A stretch of 62,000 nt of DNA from Acanthaster planci (taxonomy: Eukaryota): NCBI RefSeq assembly GCF_001949145.1, contig NW_019091402.1, positions 558,001 to 620,000 on the forward strand. Reading direction: 5' to 3'. The notes under the pieces were generated by a model, which was given only the letters and a program-made list of their open reading frames with translations, did not search any database and was not told the origin of the DNA. A program made the translations under genes and the position numbers. This document shows positions 48,153 through 60,736 of this stretch, piece after piece. Positions within the stretch are counted from its first letter, which is position 1, and each line of letters opens with the position of its first letter.

Positions 48153-51100
48153 CTGGTTGTGTACTTGTATTCAGGATCTTGATTGGTCTTTGGCCGGTGC
48201 TGTCTCTGACAGGACCGACGCCAGAGATTTGAGGAAATCCTATTCAGTTACGTTCTTTAACTCTTCTGAAAGATGAATCCTTAAATAAAGGAGTCGGTTC
48301 AAAAATCTGGCTGTTGCACAGAAGAGGGTGAAGAGAAACTGTATTTTGTGTCCACTGGGAATAGTCGAAAATGGCCGTCCAGGATCGCGCCCAACAGCAT
48401 TGCCGACGGGATGATTGTTCTGGCAAGTTCAGGAATGGTTCCGAAAGCATTGAATTCTTTGACTTCTTGTCGTAGCAGTTGCAATGAAAGCCCAAAGAAA
48501 CCACACACAGTGTTGACATGTCTTACAATCAATTCAGAATCAATGCACGAGCCACAAACCTGTTCCAAAGACGTTCATTATAAACGTGGTTCAAGTTGCA
48601 AGAATTTCAGTCGAATCTGCTGATAATACTGGTTCTCTCTTTAATAACAAAGAATAACCGCACAGATTGTATTTACAGATAGCTTTAGGGTCAGCGGATA
48701 GGTTCTCAGGATACGGTGACGCTTCCCTCAGTTCAGGAGCGACAGATATGTCGCCTTTAATGAGCTCTTTTTGTAGAAATAGCTTGGCTATGAATTCGAT
48801 AAATTGATGAAAATTCTTCACGGACCCTACCAATTCAATTGTGGTGTTATCACACGAGAACAACTGCGAACTGTGCACAGTTGTCCTGTGCGGGGCCTCG
48901 CTTTCCCCCCGAGGCTTGTAGAAGGAGGCTCGCTGGCGATTGTGTTTGCACTCGGAGGAAAAATATTTACTCAGGAAAATTGGTCCTCCGGGGTAGATAA
49001 AAACACCCGCTTTCAACGATTATTGACACTGGTGCCTATGAAGGAATGTAATGATTTGAAAACTATACATACGTCTGAGGCAGTTCTAATGAATATGCAT
49101 TTCATCACATGAAAGTGGTAGGGGCCTGCTATTGGCTGATAAATGACAAACTAAGTCACTCCCAAAGCCACATGTCTAAAAATGCTTTTTGATAGTGATA
49201 AAGTTTGAATATAGAAAAACTTAAAGCAAAAAACGAATCCAACACATCCGTTTGAAAGAAAAACTATGAATATAAAGACTTAACACGTGTAGGCTTATAT
49301 ATTCTTAAATTGTAAATTTAGATTTCAAGCATACAAATTCCGCAGTTGAATTACGAAATTTAAAAGATGGTTAACAAACCTGTCACTACTGTAAAACGGG
49401 CCAATCACAATGCACGAAATCTGCAGGTCCGATGCGCGTTTGAAAAGGGCAGACAGATTTCACGCACTGTAATTGGCCAACGCGTTGTAGACTCTCGGCG
49501 GCGCACTATTGTGAATCGCCCGTATTCGGTAACGACCCATGCAGGAATTGGATTTCGGTGAAATATATATAGGAACGGATCCCAAAGAAGCTCGATATTA
49601 GTGGGCCATTTAAAAGCTACCAAATCACGGAAACGTGGAAAATTTTAAAGAGCATGCGTCCTTTTGACTGCGCTGTACTTTTCTATTGCGTCGTACATTC
49701 AACGAAGGAACGAATCTCAATTCTCCTTGATACTGCATTCGTAAATCAATAAGTTTGAGGGGAAAAGTTCCGTTTAAAAACGGGCCGTGAGTTTGGAGAA
49801 TGCCTACTTGTGCCGGCTAAGAGGCGATACACGCTCCTGTACACCTGGTTTTCAGTTTCAGAAAGCCGGACGTGGCTGTGTGATCAAACATGCGCCTTGG
49901 CTGCAACTGGATACGCTCTGTAAACGTCAGCGCCGACTTCACAAGATCTTCCCCAAGCAGTGTTGACTCTGCCAGCCTAGTCAATCAAGCCACGCCGCCC
50001 GATAGCCACCCGATACAGCTTGCCGGAACAGAATCAAAACTACCTCTCCTTGCAGCTTCCATCTCGAGAAAGGTGACGTCTCTTTTTTTTTTCTATGTCC
50101 GATGATACGGAGCCTAGCCGTGAGTATAATGGCACCGTTTGACACGCTGACTGTCCCCCATAGCTCGGCGTGTTTTCACGGCGAGCGGACGCGACGAGAT
50201 CCCCGCTTATCCGGTCAGCCCGGGGCAGTGATTGACGAATATAAAATCGATTTACCAAAGACGGCCGGGTTGAAAAACACATCAATGAACATCTTCCTCT
50301 CATTGATAAAGCTGTCAGCCAGAACTATCACAGCTAGCGTCCTCAATTCTTACCCCGTTTTGCGTTTGCCGTTTCATATTCTCTGAAAGTGAGCTTCAAT
50401 TACAGTGGTTAGTGCTTTCGCTCACAGCTACATCGTTAATGTCCGACCACAGTGTACATGCTTTAAAATGGCCTTTCGTGGTCTTTATGAGGGGTACGGG
50501 TGCGGCAAGATTTGGGTACTGTTTACAACCTTTTGAAAGGGGGAAATGACCCCCCCCCAAGCCTTCCTCTTACTATTTTATTTTTTTATGTTCTTGTTTT
50601 TTGGGGGGGGGGGATTAACCCTGTGCCACCCGCCCGATCTGCCTTCGGTGGAAGGGTATTGACAGAACAAAAAGTGCAGGAGCGGCACCTGTGAATTAGC
50701 AAAATCATTAGTTGAACAGGCAAGTCGAATCACTGATGGGTGCAATTAAAGAAATCTTATGCAGATGGCTCTTCAGACAATAATTGACTCGTACGGTTGC
50801 GTTAAAATAATGGGTGAAGCATGATAAGTCCATGTCACCATCACCGCTGCTTGCACACTGCATACCTGACCCAAATCCCCGGGGCAGAAATGAACACTGC
50901 TGGTGATTATTACAGTGCACAGCCCGCTAAACCGAGGTTTGTATAACAGTAGGGGGTAAGCAGTGTCACGTATCGGCAAACATTAATGTTCGGCGATACC
51001 CGATACCAGCGAGAACGATCTAGGGAGCGAGGCATTCCAGCCGTGATGGGCGGTACAGCTGGGTGTCGAAAAATGAGACATTTAATGGCGCAGTTGAACT

Positions 51101-51556
51101 GCATGACGCACTTTAACGGTACTTGACATCGCCATGGTGGGATTCGGTTCACGTCCGACGATCCGGTGTCCTAAATACTCGTCGATTTTCCAGTCTCCCA
51201 GCTCCACTCATTTAAATTATTTCAATTAGGGTACACGTTCGTCTACCTCATTAAGAAACAATGTAGTTGATTACTGGTAAATTCCTACAAATGATGGTTT
51301 GGACGAACTGCCATGTTTGATTTGACGGCTGCAGACGTACGACAGAAAGAACACTTGATATGAGCCAAAGATATGCGTTCGTAGATGACGTGTCAGCACG
51401 TGAATTGCCAATAAAACGAGGACTCAGGGAAACATCTAACGTACAGTGACCTCGACAGTGTTCTTCGCTTAGACGTGTCCCCATCGTGCAGCATCATGGA
51501 GCCATGTCGATTTTGATATTAGGTTGATTTTTAATTGAAATTTAACCTGCCTTGTA

Positions 51557-52490
51557 CACTGTAAAACCCAAGCGTTTAACTTCTAAACGCAAATTAAATG
51601 CATATCTGTAACACTTTTTAAACGTTTTAATAAATGCAAAACGTTTACATGCTGAACACACTGTTTTATTTAATAAACGTAACTTAATGTTTATGATTAA
51701 GTACACGAATGCGTTCAGCACATGTTTGGTCTTTAAACACTTTCTAATTATAACCCCGTTTGTGTGTTTATTACTTAAACGACTAAACGTGTGTACAGGC
51801 TGTAACACTTTTTATACACTTCGACTCGTTTATAAAGGGTGCGGTGTTTATCAACTACATATTATTGGGTAACGACGACGTACAAGTGTTCAAGTCATAC
51901 ACAGTGACACAAAGAGTGGCAAGCCTACTGCTAAAACTTGTCACTGGAACAAAAAAGGTTGTTATACCGTTGACAAACCTCATTTTTTTTCAGAAAATTA
52001 TCACCCCTCCAAGATCCTGAGATATCTATGCACGTTATATGCATGAATCTGTGTAAGAAACGAAGAAGAAACTCTGATTAGTCCAATCTCTCTACATCTG
52101 CAACTAACAACTGCCAGGGGACACGGAAAGAGATCGAACTGCGCATGACGTGCATGTACTCACAGCGCATGTGCCTAGTCGTGGGCGGTACAATTGAACA
52201 TATGGTCCAAACATAGTGTTTATTTTTCGTGTGATAATCCATTAATAATCCACTCTGCATCCATAACTTAGACATAATATCAGCTTAAATGGACCGCTTA
52301 CAACATCACATGTGAATCTGCACAAGGGTATTGGTGGAAAATAATGAAATTCGCGTTTTAAAACCGCCACAAACAGTCGCTTAATGTGCCGATAACACTT
52401 CATATGTTAAACACGTTCACGTCTAAACGTGTTCAAATGTATAATGTGTTTAGTTTATAAACGCATCAAAGGTTCTTCAGTTTTACAGTG
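51557..52490. mobile_element. 934-bp CACT-type (EnSpm-like) non-autonomous element
   Basis: Perfect 11-bp TIR CACTGTAAAAC / GTTTTACAGTG flanked by TA. Many AAACG/AACAC subterminal repeats at both ends. Confidence 0.8.
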
Positions 52491-52574
52491 TAGTGTTGAT
52501 AAAGCCTAAACTACACAAAATCTATGTACCTTGCTCCATACAAAATGAATATCGTATAACATGCTCGTCTTTAA

Positions 52575-53125
52575 AGGGCCGTAACATGAAAGTTATTTAG
52601 TTATATAATTTTAACAGCATTCTTTTTTTTTCTCGATTTCCTGAAAACTGCTTGGTATACTTTCTTAGTGAATTTTAGAGAAAAGTGAAAGTTTTAAACT
52701 GTACACACTTTTCTTGAATACTGAAGGCGTTAAGACACTCTTATTTTTTGCTCCAAGTGTGAATTCAAAATTTGCTAACAATATATAGTAGTGAGCAAAT
52801 ATTTGTGAGAAAACGTTTGTTACGAGCCCACACTGTCAAGTACTGAAAAAACGAGTCACCAAAAAGAAAAGAAAATCTAAGAAAGTGAAACATCCAAATT
52901 TGTAATAAAATGTAGTGCAGTGTTTTCTGTATCAACGAGATTTTTTTCTGGAATGACATAGCCCTTAGCCATGAATACGCAAATTTGAATTTGCATAAAA
53001 ATAAAATCAGGCACCAAAATGCACTTAAATGGCAAAACGGAAATTGAATATCAATTGAAATTGGACACAGCGGTACTTTTTTTTTTACAAGGACTGAATC
53101 AAAACATTTATGTTGTATGGACCCT
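52575..53125. mobile_element. Possible Kolobok-like non-autonomous element
   Basis: TTAA-AGGGCCGTAACA at left, TGTTGTATGGACCCT at right (imperfect TIR). Right TTAA is not intact. Confidence 0.3.
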
Positions 53126-55749
53126 TTGGCTGTCTTGGAGGTAATCAAAGTCTACGTGTGTGGTATCATTGGTTCATAGTGCGCGTGCCATTTTCTCAGC
53201 TGCTATTCATGTATCCGAAGGCAGACAGTATTCGACCCGAGGCCCCGTCATTGGGAAGTACATTTTGTCAATTATCAAGTTTGTGTACCTAGCACAATTC
53301 GTCCAGCTTGACCGCTTGTTTTACATGTCGTGCTAAAATCACTCGCAGACAATAATATATAACCCCGATTTATTTTCCATTTGCAAGAAGAAATCGTCCA
53401 TTCAAAGCACATTGTAATTTTGATACCTAAAACTATTCAAATATTTTATATTTAATATAAATGTCGAATATAATCTTATCAGTGGAGACCTATTTCATTG
53501 TTATTTCCACAGAATCGTTTTTCATTTGTGCTTTTGTTTTATGGTTAGATTTACAATTTTTTTTAAATCATTACTAATTCCTGAAAACTTTGTATTATAA
53601 TTTATATTCACTGGAATATAGGGTTAATTTATAATATTGTAGGCCTAATGTCGTATACATTTTAAGCGCAATTAAAACGTTTAATACCACTTTCTGATAC
53701 TGGGCATAAGCAGAACTTAATATTTGTGATTTCAATCGTACACGAATCTTCGTGATGAAAATCGTACATCGTACGAAAATCGTACCGGTGGGAGAAATAA
53801 ATGTCTGATTGTTAATATTTAAAAGTAAAGCTAGACTGCGAATGCATGTTGCGGGTAAAATGCGCTGTTCTGAGCAAATATTGGACGGCAGACTGATTGG
53901 GTCGGCCAGGCCAGTGCCATGGCAGATGTTGTATTCGGTTGAAATGTACCTCACAAAAGAGAGTGACATGAAAGGTTCTGAGTTAAGCCAAGACAACCAA
54001 GAAGAGGGGCCTCCGTGGGTCCCAGTCCTTTGTCGGATTACCGAGATTGGACATTAATCCGGCTGGAAATATTAAAGCGTATCTCGTTCCGGAACGACAA
54101 CCACATGCCAGGGCGTCCGTGGACTCCGAAGGCACGGTATCCGGCTGTCGGTCACAATGAACTCTTCTGGTTAGTCTCCCGAAGAAACAGGTGAAGTCTC
54201 AAACATTCTCAACAGTCGAAAGTTCAAGATGGAAGGCAGCTATGGCACTCGATTATTTGTGTTCTCCCGATATTAATATATTGTATTGTGAATGTACATG
54301 TAGGCCCTATCGTAAAAACGTTGATACATTTACATAGAGACTGCAATATGCAGCTTTTAAACCTCAAAGGCATTGTAACTGATAAACAAGCATATCCATG
54401 CGCTGTGCAATGAGACAGACTCGGCTCACAGCACACGATCGATCAGCCGGTTAGTAATGCATATCAACACCAACAATATGAAATAAAGGGCCTCCGTTTT
54501 TGTCGTTGTAAGGAGCGTGCAAACTATACGCTGCAAAGCGGATTGGGGTTTTGTGTGTTGTTCAAACACATCTAGAAATAACGATAATATTATGCTGCGA
54601 AATCAACATATTATTTTTTCGTTTCCAGTTTGTATTCTGTGGGTGTGGGAAGGGGGTTGGAAAAAGCACTCTTCATGCGCTTGTGAGAATGCTGACAAAA
54701 GGGCAGGCCCCTCAAGAGAAGCCGTGATATCAAGCAGACTTCCCTGGATGGAACCAGGGAGGAATAAAGAACACACAACAATCTCCGCGTTATGCGCCGA
54801 GCATGAGACCCCCCGCTGCACTCTCGCTGCTAACCAAGCATCAGCGGACAGAGGGGAGCAGACGACTTCGGGCGGTACGTGACTCAGGGTCGGCCCTTTG
54901 ATAACTTGCGATTTCCGCGGCTCATTCCAAGACCAAGCTTTTAACGTAATGCATAGAAAAAGGGGGTAAGGTAATGGATTGATTCGATCGTAAATGCAGA
55001 TATCGAGTCGCTGGAAACTCGGGCAGTCGCTGCTTCTTGCACCACTGGCCATGAAATGGATAATCGGGTAAAAATCAGTCTATACGGAAGATGGCTCAGA
55101 GATCAAAACATTAAACACTGGATCTACATTATAACCCAGATACCTGCGCATATGGAACAAGTTGCCTGTGAGGCAAGACATTCCGCGAGGTTGATCGATG
55201 AAATCGCTCTTAAACCGTGCATTACACGCCTTTAGACGTTCTGTAATTGGTTTAGTGGACCTTTTAGAGGTATTACCAATCGATGGAATTGTTTCATATA
55301 CGGCGGTAATAACGCAGGCTGAGGCCACCGGCGGAGCATTAAGAAGATTACAACCAAGTGCACCTGTTTGCCTTTGAATTATGCAATGTTGGCCCAAAAA
55401 TATGTTGGCAACTTTGAAAATTCATCACTGTCCAAAACAGCACTAAAAATACCCAACTCCTTTCATCGGCAAACAGCTATCACTAGGCCTATATGAGGCC
55501 TTTCCGGTATCTGCCAGACACTTTTTCCCCATTCTCTCTATTTTTACTGGATGCAGTTCCACACAGAATTCATATTTGACTTTTTAATAGACACCTGTTT
55601 TCGGGCAATATTTACTGTGCATCAGCTCCTGGCGCTTGAGCTGAAGTGCTCCTTTTAAGGTGCAGATCGCGTTTTGTTTATTGCTCTGCGGATCAATTGA
55701 GCCGAGACTATACACACGGCGTCTTGGGGTTGACGCGCCCGCAGGCGTA

Positions 55750-55890
55750 GTAACCAATGGTGGATGTTTCTGATTAGGATTCATTGCTGATTGGATGTCA
55801 AGGAAATCGCGTTGATCGTTACCATTCCCATTGGCCGGCGGGGTCCCAAGTTTAAGCACTGTGTAAACGTGTTGATCAGACCTCAGATCG
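55750..55890 (+). promoter_or_regulatory. Candidate proximal promoter of the orexin-type receptor
   Basis: CpG-rich. Three CCAAT boxes (55754, ATTGG at 55790 and 55830) spaced 36-40 bp, TATA-like TTTAAG at 55851, ~1.5 kb upstream of the start-codon exon. Confidence 0.45.
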
Positions 55891-57358
55891 GACTGCGTGT
55901 ATTGCTACTGTTTACTGCGCATGAACGAAATCGCTGACGGAATTCGAGCTCGCTGTTGGATATTTCGAATTCGACGAATTGCAAAACGGAGCTTCGCTTT
56001 CTGGGAAATTCTTAAACAGAAGTCGTCCTGCGCACTTTAATTAACACAAACGTCATCGGCGTGCGCCCAAAGTTGAAGAGTCTGTTCTGAGGGCTCTTGC
56101 GTCAAGAATTGCTTTTAGCTGGACCCAAAGGAAGGGTCTCGAAGAGCGCTCTTTGCGTCTCGAGAGTGGAGCATCGTTTGAAATGTAGAGAGTGTCGTCG
56201 TACACGCGTGCATTGCATCGTGAAGTCTCCACCGGCAATTTGACTTCTCTCCTTTACTTTGTAAGGTACACATGTTGATAAATCTTTCATTGTTTATAAA
56301 CAGTTGTAAATAATTTTGTGGCAAGGCGACGGGGTTATATTTATTCGGTGTTCAAGTACGTAGTTTCTTTCTTTCTTTCTTAAAACGTTTCGTTCGGACT
56401 GTGAAAGTAACGTTTCTTTCGGACTGTGAAAGTATTATCGTTGCAATAGCCATCATCCTGAACATGGCTGTAACAAAATCATGCCTGTAAAGTATACCGT
56501 ATTTACAATGACCATAGTAATCACAGCATGGAGGCTTGGCGCACTGTCTTCGTCAGTCTTGAAGACAGGCTGGACTTTAATGCATATTGTTTCATCGTAG
56601 CATGATTAAATTCACCCGACCGTTGATATGCATAAGGCAAGATGCAGTGCAATGCGTCACTGGTAAGGGCGTCTCGCTCGTTGTCTTGCTACAGCCCAAC
56701 GATCAGTCAGATTCGTGAACCAATACGAACTTTCAGTGGAGACAAACTTAATTCTTGACCATCAGTCATGGCAACTGGCAGGGGTTTAGGGGCCTATGTG
56801 CGTCACCATGTACAGGAATGTGTTGGGCTTAATACCAAATGTGCGTGTTGGTTCTTGTTTTTGAAGCTCTTGGTTCAACCAAAGCTTCAATCAATCAAGC
56901 TTCAATCAATCTTGGCCAGAAGAGAATATCAGGAAAATTGCAAGTAGGATAAGGAGATCATTGTTGTAACAAAAACTTGGTAAAATGCAACACTATCGCT
57001 GACACTATTATTTCTACATTTATAATTAGCTTATTTGATAAAGCAGTAATATGTACTGTTACTTTTTCAACAGTCTTTAAAACTACAATCAAAGGTAACG
57101 ATTTAATACAAATTTTAAAAGTAACTCTGGAAAACAAATTTTATGTATATCTTTGCTTGCCATGTCGGCGTGGTAAAATCGCATGTAATTACACGGTTCG
57201 CCACTTAACCGTCAGGCTTGACGGAGCCGGGTTGTTCGGTTCGATAACCTGTCACGTGTAGAGCGGCTACCTCACGAATCCATTCATCTTGAAATTCTAC
57301 ACTGTATTTTTTTTCTAATTGCGATTATTTAATTAAGTAATTTTGGTTTATCTTGCAG

Positions 57359-57506
57359 AGCGTCAATCCATCTCGTCAGAGTAATTTCCTTGCCTTCCAC
57401 TTTGGATTTGAGAGACTGCAGCAGCTGTGGCACCCGACTTTGACGACTTTTCTTAGCTGAGAAATAACTTAGTTTGACCCGTGGTGACAACAAAAATACT
57501 TGTAAC
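57359..57506 (+). other. 5'UTR part of the start-codon exon of the orexin-type receptor
   Basis: Acceptor TTTATCTTGCAG| (AG 57357-57358). No ATG before 57507. In-frame TAA at 57465. Confidence 0.7.
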
Positions 57507-57839
57507 ATGGATACCAATCATACCGATGGAAACTTTGAAGAGTACATGGCTTACATCCTCGAGAAGTTCAAGGACAAAGTGTACCCGCGCCCCTACGAGT
57601 ACCTGATCATTGTCATCTACGGCTTGGTGTTCCTACTGGCTATTATTGGCAATACGCTGGTGTGCATCGCTGTGCTGCGCAACGAACACATGCGGACGGT
57701 GACCAACTACTACATAGTAAACTTAGCCCTAGCCGACATCTTGGTGTCTTTGGTTTGCCTTCCCTTCTCAGTAGTCGTCGACATCTCAGAGACTTGGTTC
57801 TTCGGCGATGTATTGTGCTCCATTATCCCTTACATACAG
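57507..57839 (+). CDS. HCRTR2: Orexin/hypocretin receptor-like (allatotropin-type) class A GPCR, coding exon 1 (N-terminus, TM1, TM2, start of TM3)
   Basis: AACATGG start. MDTNHT...VYPRPYEY...IGNTLVCIAVLRNEHMRTVTNYYIVNLALADILVSLVCLPFSVVVDISETWFFGDVLCSIIPYIQ closely matches OX2R (HMRTVTNYFIVNLSLAD...VVDITETWFFG..LCKVIPYLQ). 111 codons, phase-0 donor CAG|GTCAGT. The symbol indicates family; an invertebrate gene would be co-orthologous to HCRTR1/2. Confidence 0.93.
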
Positions 57840-59207
57840 GTCAGTATAGACACAAATTAGCTTCCTTTATCACGAGTGTCGGAGGTGGGGCGAGAGATAT
57901 TCCCACCCGTCTGAGTTCTCCTGGATCGTGCTCATAATTTCGTGAGGACAAATTACAAATTTGCTACCATTCAGCATTCCAGTCAGACAGCACAAAATAT
58001 TGCAAGGCGAGTTTAAGTGCTTAGCAAAATCAACTGAGAATCTTAGACTGGCCCTTGCCCTGTAAGTCCCAAGACATGTCTCAGCTACTTGATAGTCAGG
58101 ACAGGTTTCCGCCTATGGCAGAGTGATCAGAAGATGTGCGACGATTGCGATCTTTTTGCACTAAAACAGAAAAAGGGAAAAAGTTGTCTTTTGGTCTGAT
58201 AACCAGATGACTGAAAACCTGTCACAAAAATATTCATTGCGTGGCATTTTTACACCGAACATTTTTGAGGCAAACATTTTACATTCTTTCTATAATCGTG
58301 TTTGCCATTTTATTCCGTCGAGCAAAACAAATCTGTTCAATGCAAAAAAACGCACCAACGTTCTCAATTACAAAAACTCTTATCTTTCAATTTTTTATCT
58401 AATTTCAAAACAAAACACTAAAAGGTTCAACGCTTTCTGGGCCACAGACCCACGTTTCCCCACTTCAGTCAGTGATTGTCTTGTAAACTAATAACATAGG
58501 CCTGTACAAAGCTTGTACCACGAACCACCGATAACTTCCCCAGAGGAACTTATAAATGCATGGCTCCCGCCGCGCAACCAGTCGGGCGAGGGAGCAAATT
58601 CCCTCGGGGACACGGACTCGATATCGCCGCCTTCCCCCTTTTTTCCCTGATGCGAGTGGCAACCGCAGCACTTGAAGTGCGTTTCGGCGAGCCCTTTTAA
58701 AGCGTTTTCGGCAAAGCAAGATCTTGCTTTGTGCTGTAAATAAGAAATCTTTGGTCGTCATAAGTGTACATTGATGTTCATCAATTTCGGATTTTCCACT
58801 TGAAGGGGTCTAAACAACAACAAGTATAAAACCTGTCGCATTTAGTATCTCCAAGAGTGCTTTTATGATTTGGTATAAAAATGAGTTTCTTCTGTCAATA
58901 TGCTCGATTGCTGGACTCATTTCAACATCAAATTGATATACTGTTTACTTAAGTGTTGTAGGCCTTGACATGTTCCCAAAATTGGTTGATATAATTCATA
59001 TCTCTTTGTTTGGTTTTTGTTTGTTTGTATTGTTGAAGTTGTTTGTTCTGTAACTAACCAGAGTTGAAAATGTATGACAGTGTCCTTGTTTGAACTGCAT
59101 GATATTTGGTTTGTATGTTCAGCTGAAAAGAAAGTTGGGAACCTTGTAATGACACCATAATGTGCCACGCTTGGACTTTATGACCATCAGTAGTCAAACC
59201 AAAAGTA

Positions 59208-59385
59208 CAGTCAAACACAGATAAAAAGGGCACTGATAAAACAAAGTCATGTTTATAACAGCGAAAATTTTAGTCCAATATATCTTTGGTTTTCCTTGAA
59301 TTCTTTTTCTGATAATACAAGTTATGGTACCCGTTATAACAAGGTAATTTTAAAGTCCCAAGGACCTTGTTATAACAGTGTTATG
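59208..59385. mobile_element. pogo/Tigger-like MITE remnant in the receptor intron
   Basis: TA-CAGTCAAAC 5' end and repeated GTTATAAC motifs. Right end eroded. Confidence 0.45.
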
Positions 59386-60122
59386 AAGAATCAGAGATCT
59401 AATATATCTGACAAACAGTACCATCATCGTCGACTTTATCAAGAGTGACAATTCACGCGGATAAGTAATCATTTTTGTTCTGGTCTGGAGGCACAACAGC
59501 CGTGATTAATTAATAGGATACCTGCAGTAATCTGTAATTGAAAAGAATTGACAACCGGAAGGAATGGTCATCGGATACGCTTGAGTGATCAGGGTGACCG
59601 TCTCATGCCAAATTGACGCGCAATCAGGCCCTAATTCTCACGGCCAACGAGCGTAGGTAACACGTCCAGTTGTCTTTTAAATTAGAACCCCGCCACTTGA
59701 CCTGTTGAGTGGATTCTGACATTAAAAGTACCAAGAGAGAGGACATCCCCACCGTAATTGAACACGAGCGTGTGACCTTGCTGGTGATTTAAGACTCCCG
59801 GGTGAGGAGTTCCAATCCACCACGCTCAACAGCAGGTTACATGTAGTGATCTCGGGTCTGTCACTTTGTAGTCGTTATAAACGGGTAACACTGAGTGTCC
59901 ACTAGCCCTCTATCTGGTACCCAGGGGTACCCATTGTTACAAGTGATATTTTAGTAGCCATCAGTCCGTTGGTTACTACATTATCCGTCAGTATAATACA
60001 CTTTTTATTGGTACTCTTAGGGCACACACCGACTGCAGTCCAAAATCGGCTGCCTAACGATTTGTCCCGATGAACAGGGCAATATGGAAGACATGATCGT
60101 TGTTTTGGATGTACATGTATAT

Positions 60123-60310
60123 GAGCCCTGAGTTGAACCAAGGAAGGGCGGGATTTGCCTTGCAACGAAAGGTCCTTTAGTTTTAAATGAACTCCGCGGG
60201 TTCACAAACGACTAGAAATGCAAGCGTTGCGGTCAAATCGCTACCAAATCAAATGAGCATTCCCGACTAACATGGCTCTTTTCAACCGATGAGGGGGTGC
60301 TTCTGCTCTA
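60123..60310 (+). repeat. Dispersed repeat family, copy C (intronic)
   Basis: Similar to 40648-40796 and 25366-25459. Confidence 0.85.
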
Positions 60311-60499
60311 TGCAGATGGTTTGGATATACAAAGAGATGATAACAACTATCTGTACATTGTTATATTTTTGATGAAACAGATCTATTCAGAGTCAGACTC
60401 CCTTTAAGCTTATTAAAACGGTATCAATTTTTCAATTCAGTGACCAATTTGTTTCCCTAATTTGTTTTCACCTTACTGTTTTCCCCATTTCGTTTGCAG

Positions 60500-60736
60500 A
60501 ACACTGCCGTGAGTGTGTCCATCTTCACACTCACCATGATCGCGGTAGACCGCTACCTGGCCATCTGCCGCCCCCTCAAGTTCCAGATCTCGTCCCGGCG
60601 GACCGTCATCACCGTGATCGTCATTTGGGTCGTGTCCCTGATTACCATGCTTCCTCACTCGCTCAGTATGTCCACCAAGTCCAACCCTGTTATGGCGTCC
60701 TTTCTGAAGCCCCTGTGGTTGACAAAATGCCTCGAT
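60500..60736 (+). CDS. HCRTR2: Orexin receptor-like GPCR, coding exon 2 (TM3 with DRY, ICL2, TM4, ECL2); gene continues beyond the window
   Basis: Pyrimidine tract plus TTGCAG| acceptor. NTAVSVSIFTLTMIAVDRYLAICRPLKFQISSRRTVITVIVIWVVSLITMLPHS...TKCLD continues exon 1 in phase 0. 79 codons, donor GAT|GTGAGT at 60737. Confidence 0.92.

Noticed and set aside
48591..55397. Longer ORFs of 120-150 aa (48591, 52765, 53595, 54517, 54603)
   Set aside because: No recognisable domains or coherent exon structure; lengths expected by chance.
57474..57506. ORF-track N-terminal extension MTRGDNKNTCN
   Set aside because: TTG start is not expected in an animal nuclear gene; ATG 57507 has a strong Kozak context.
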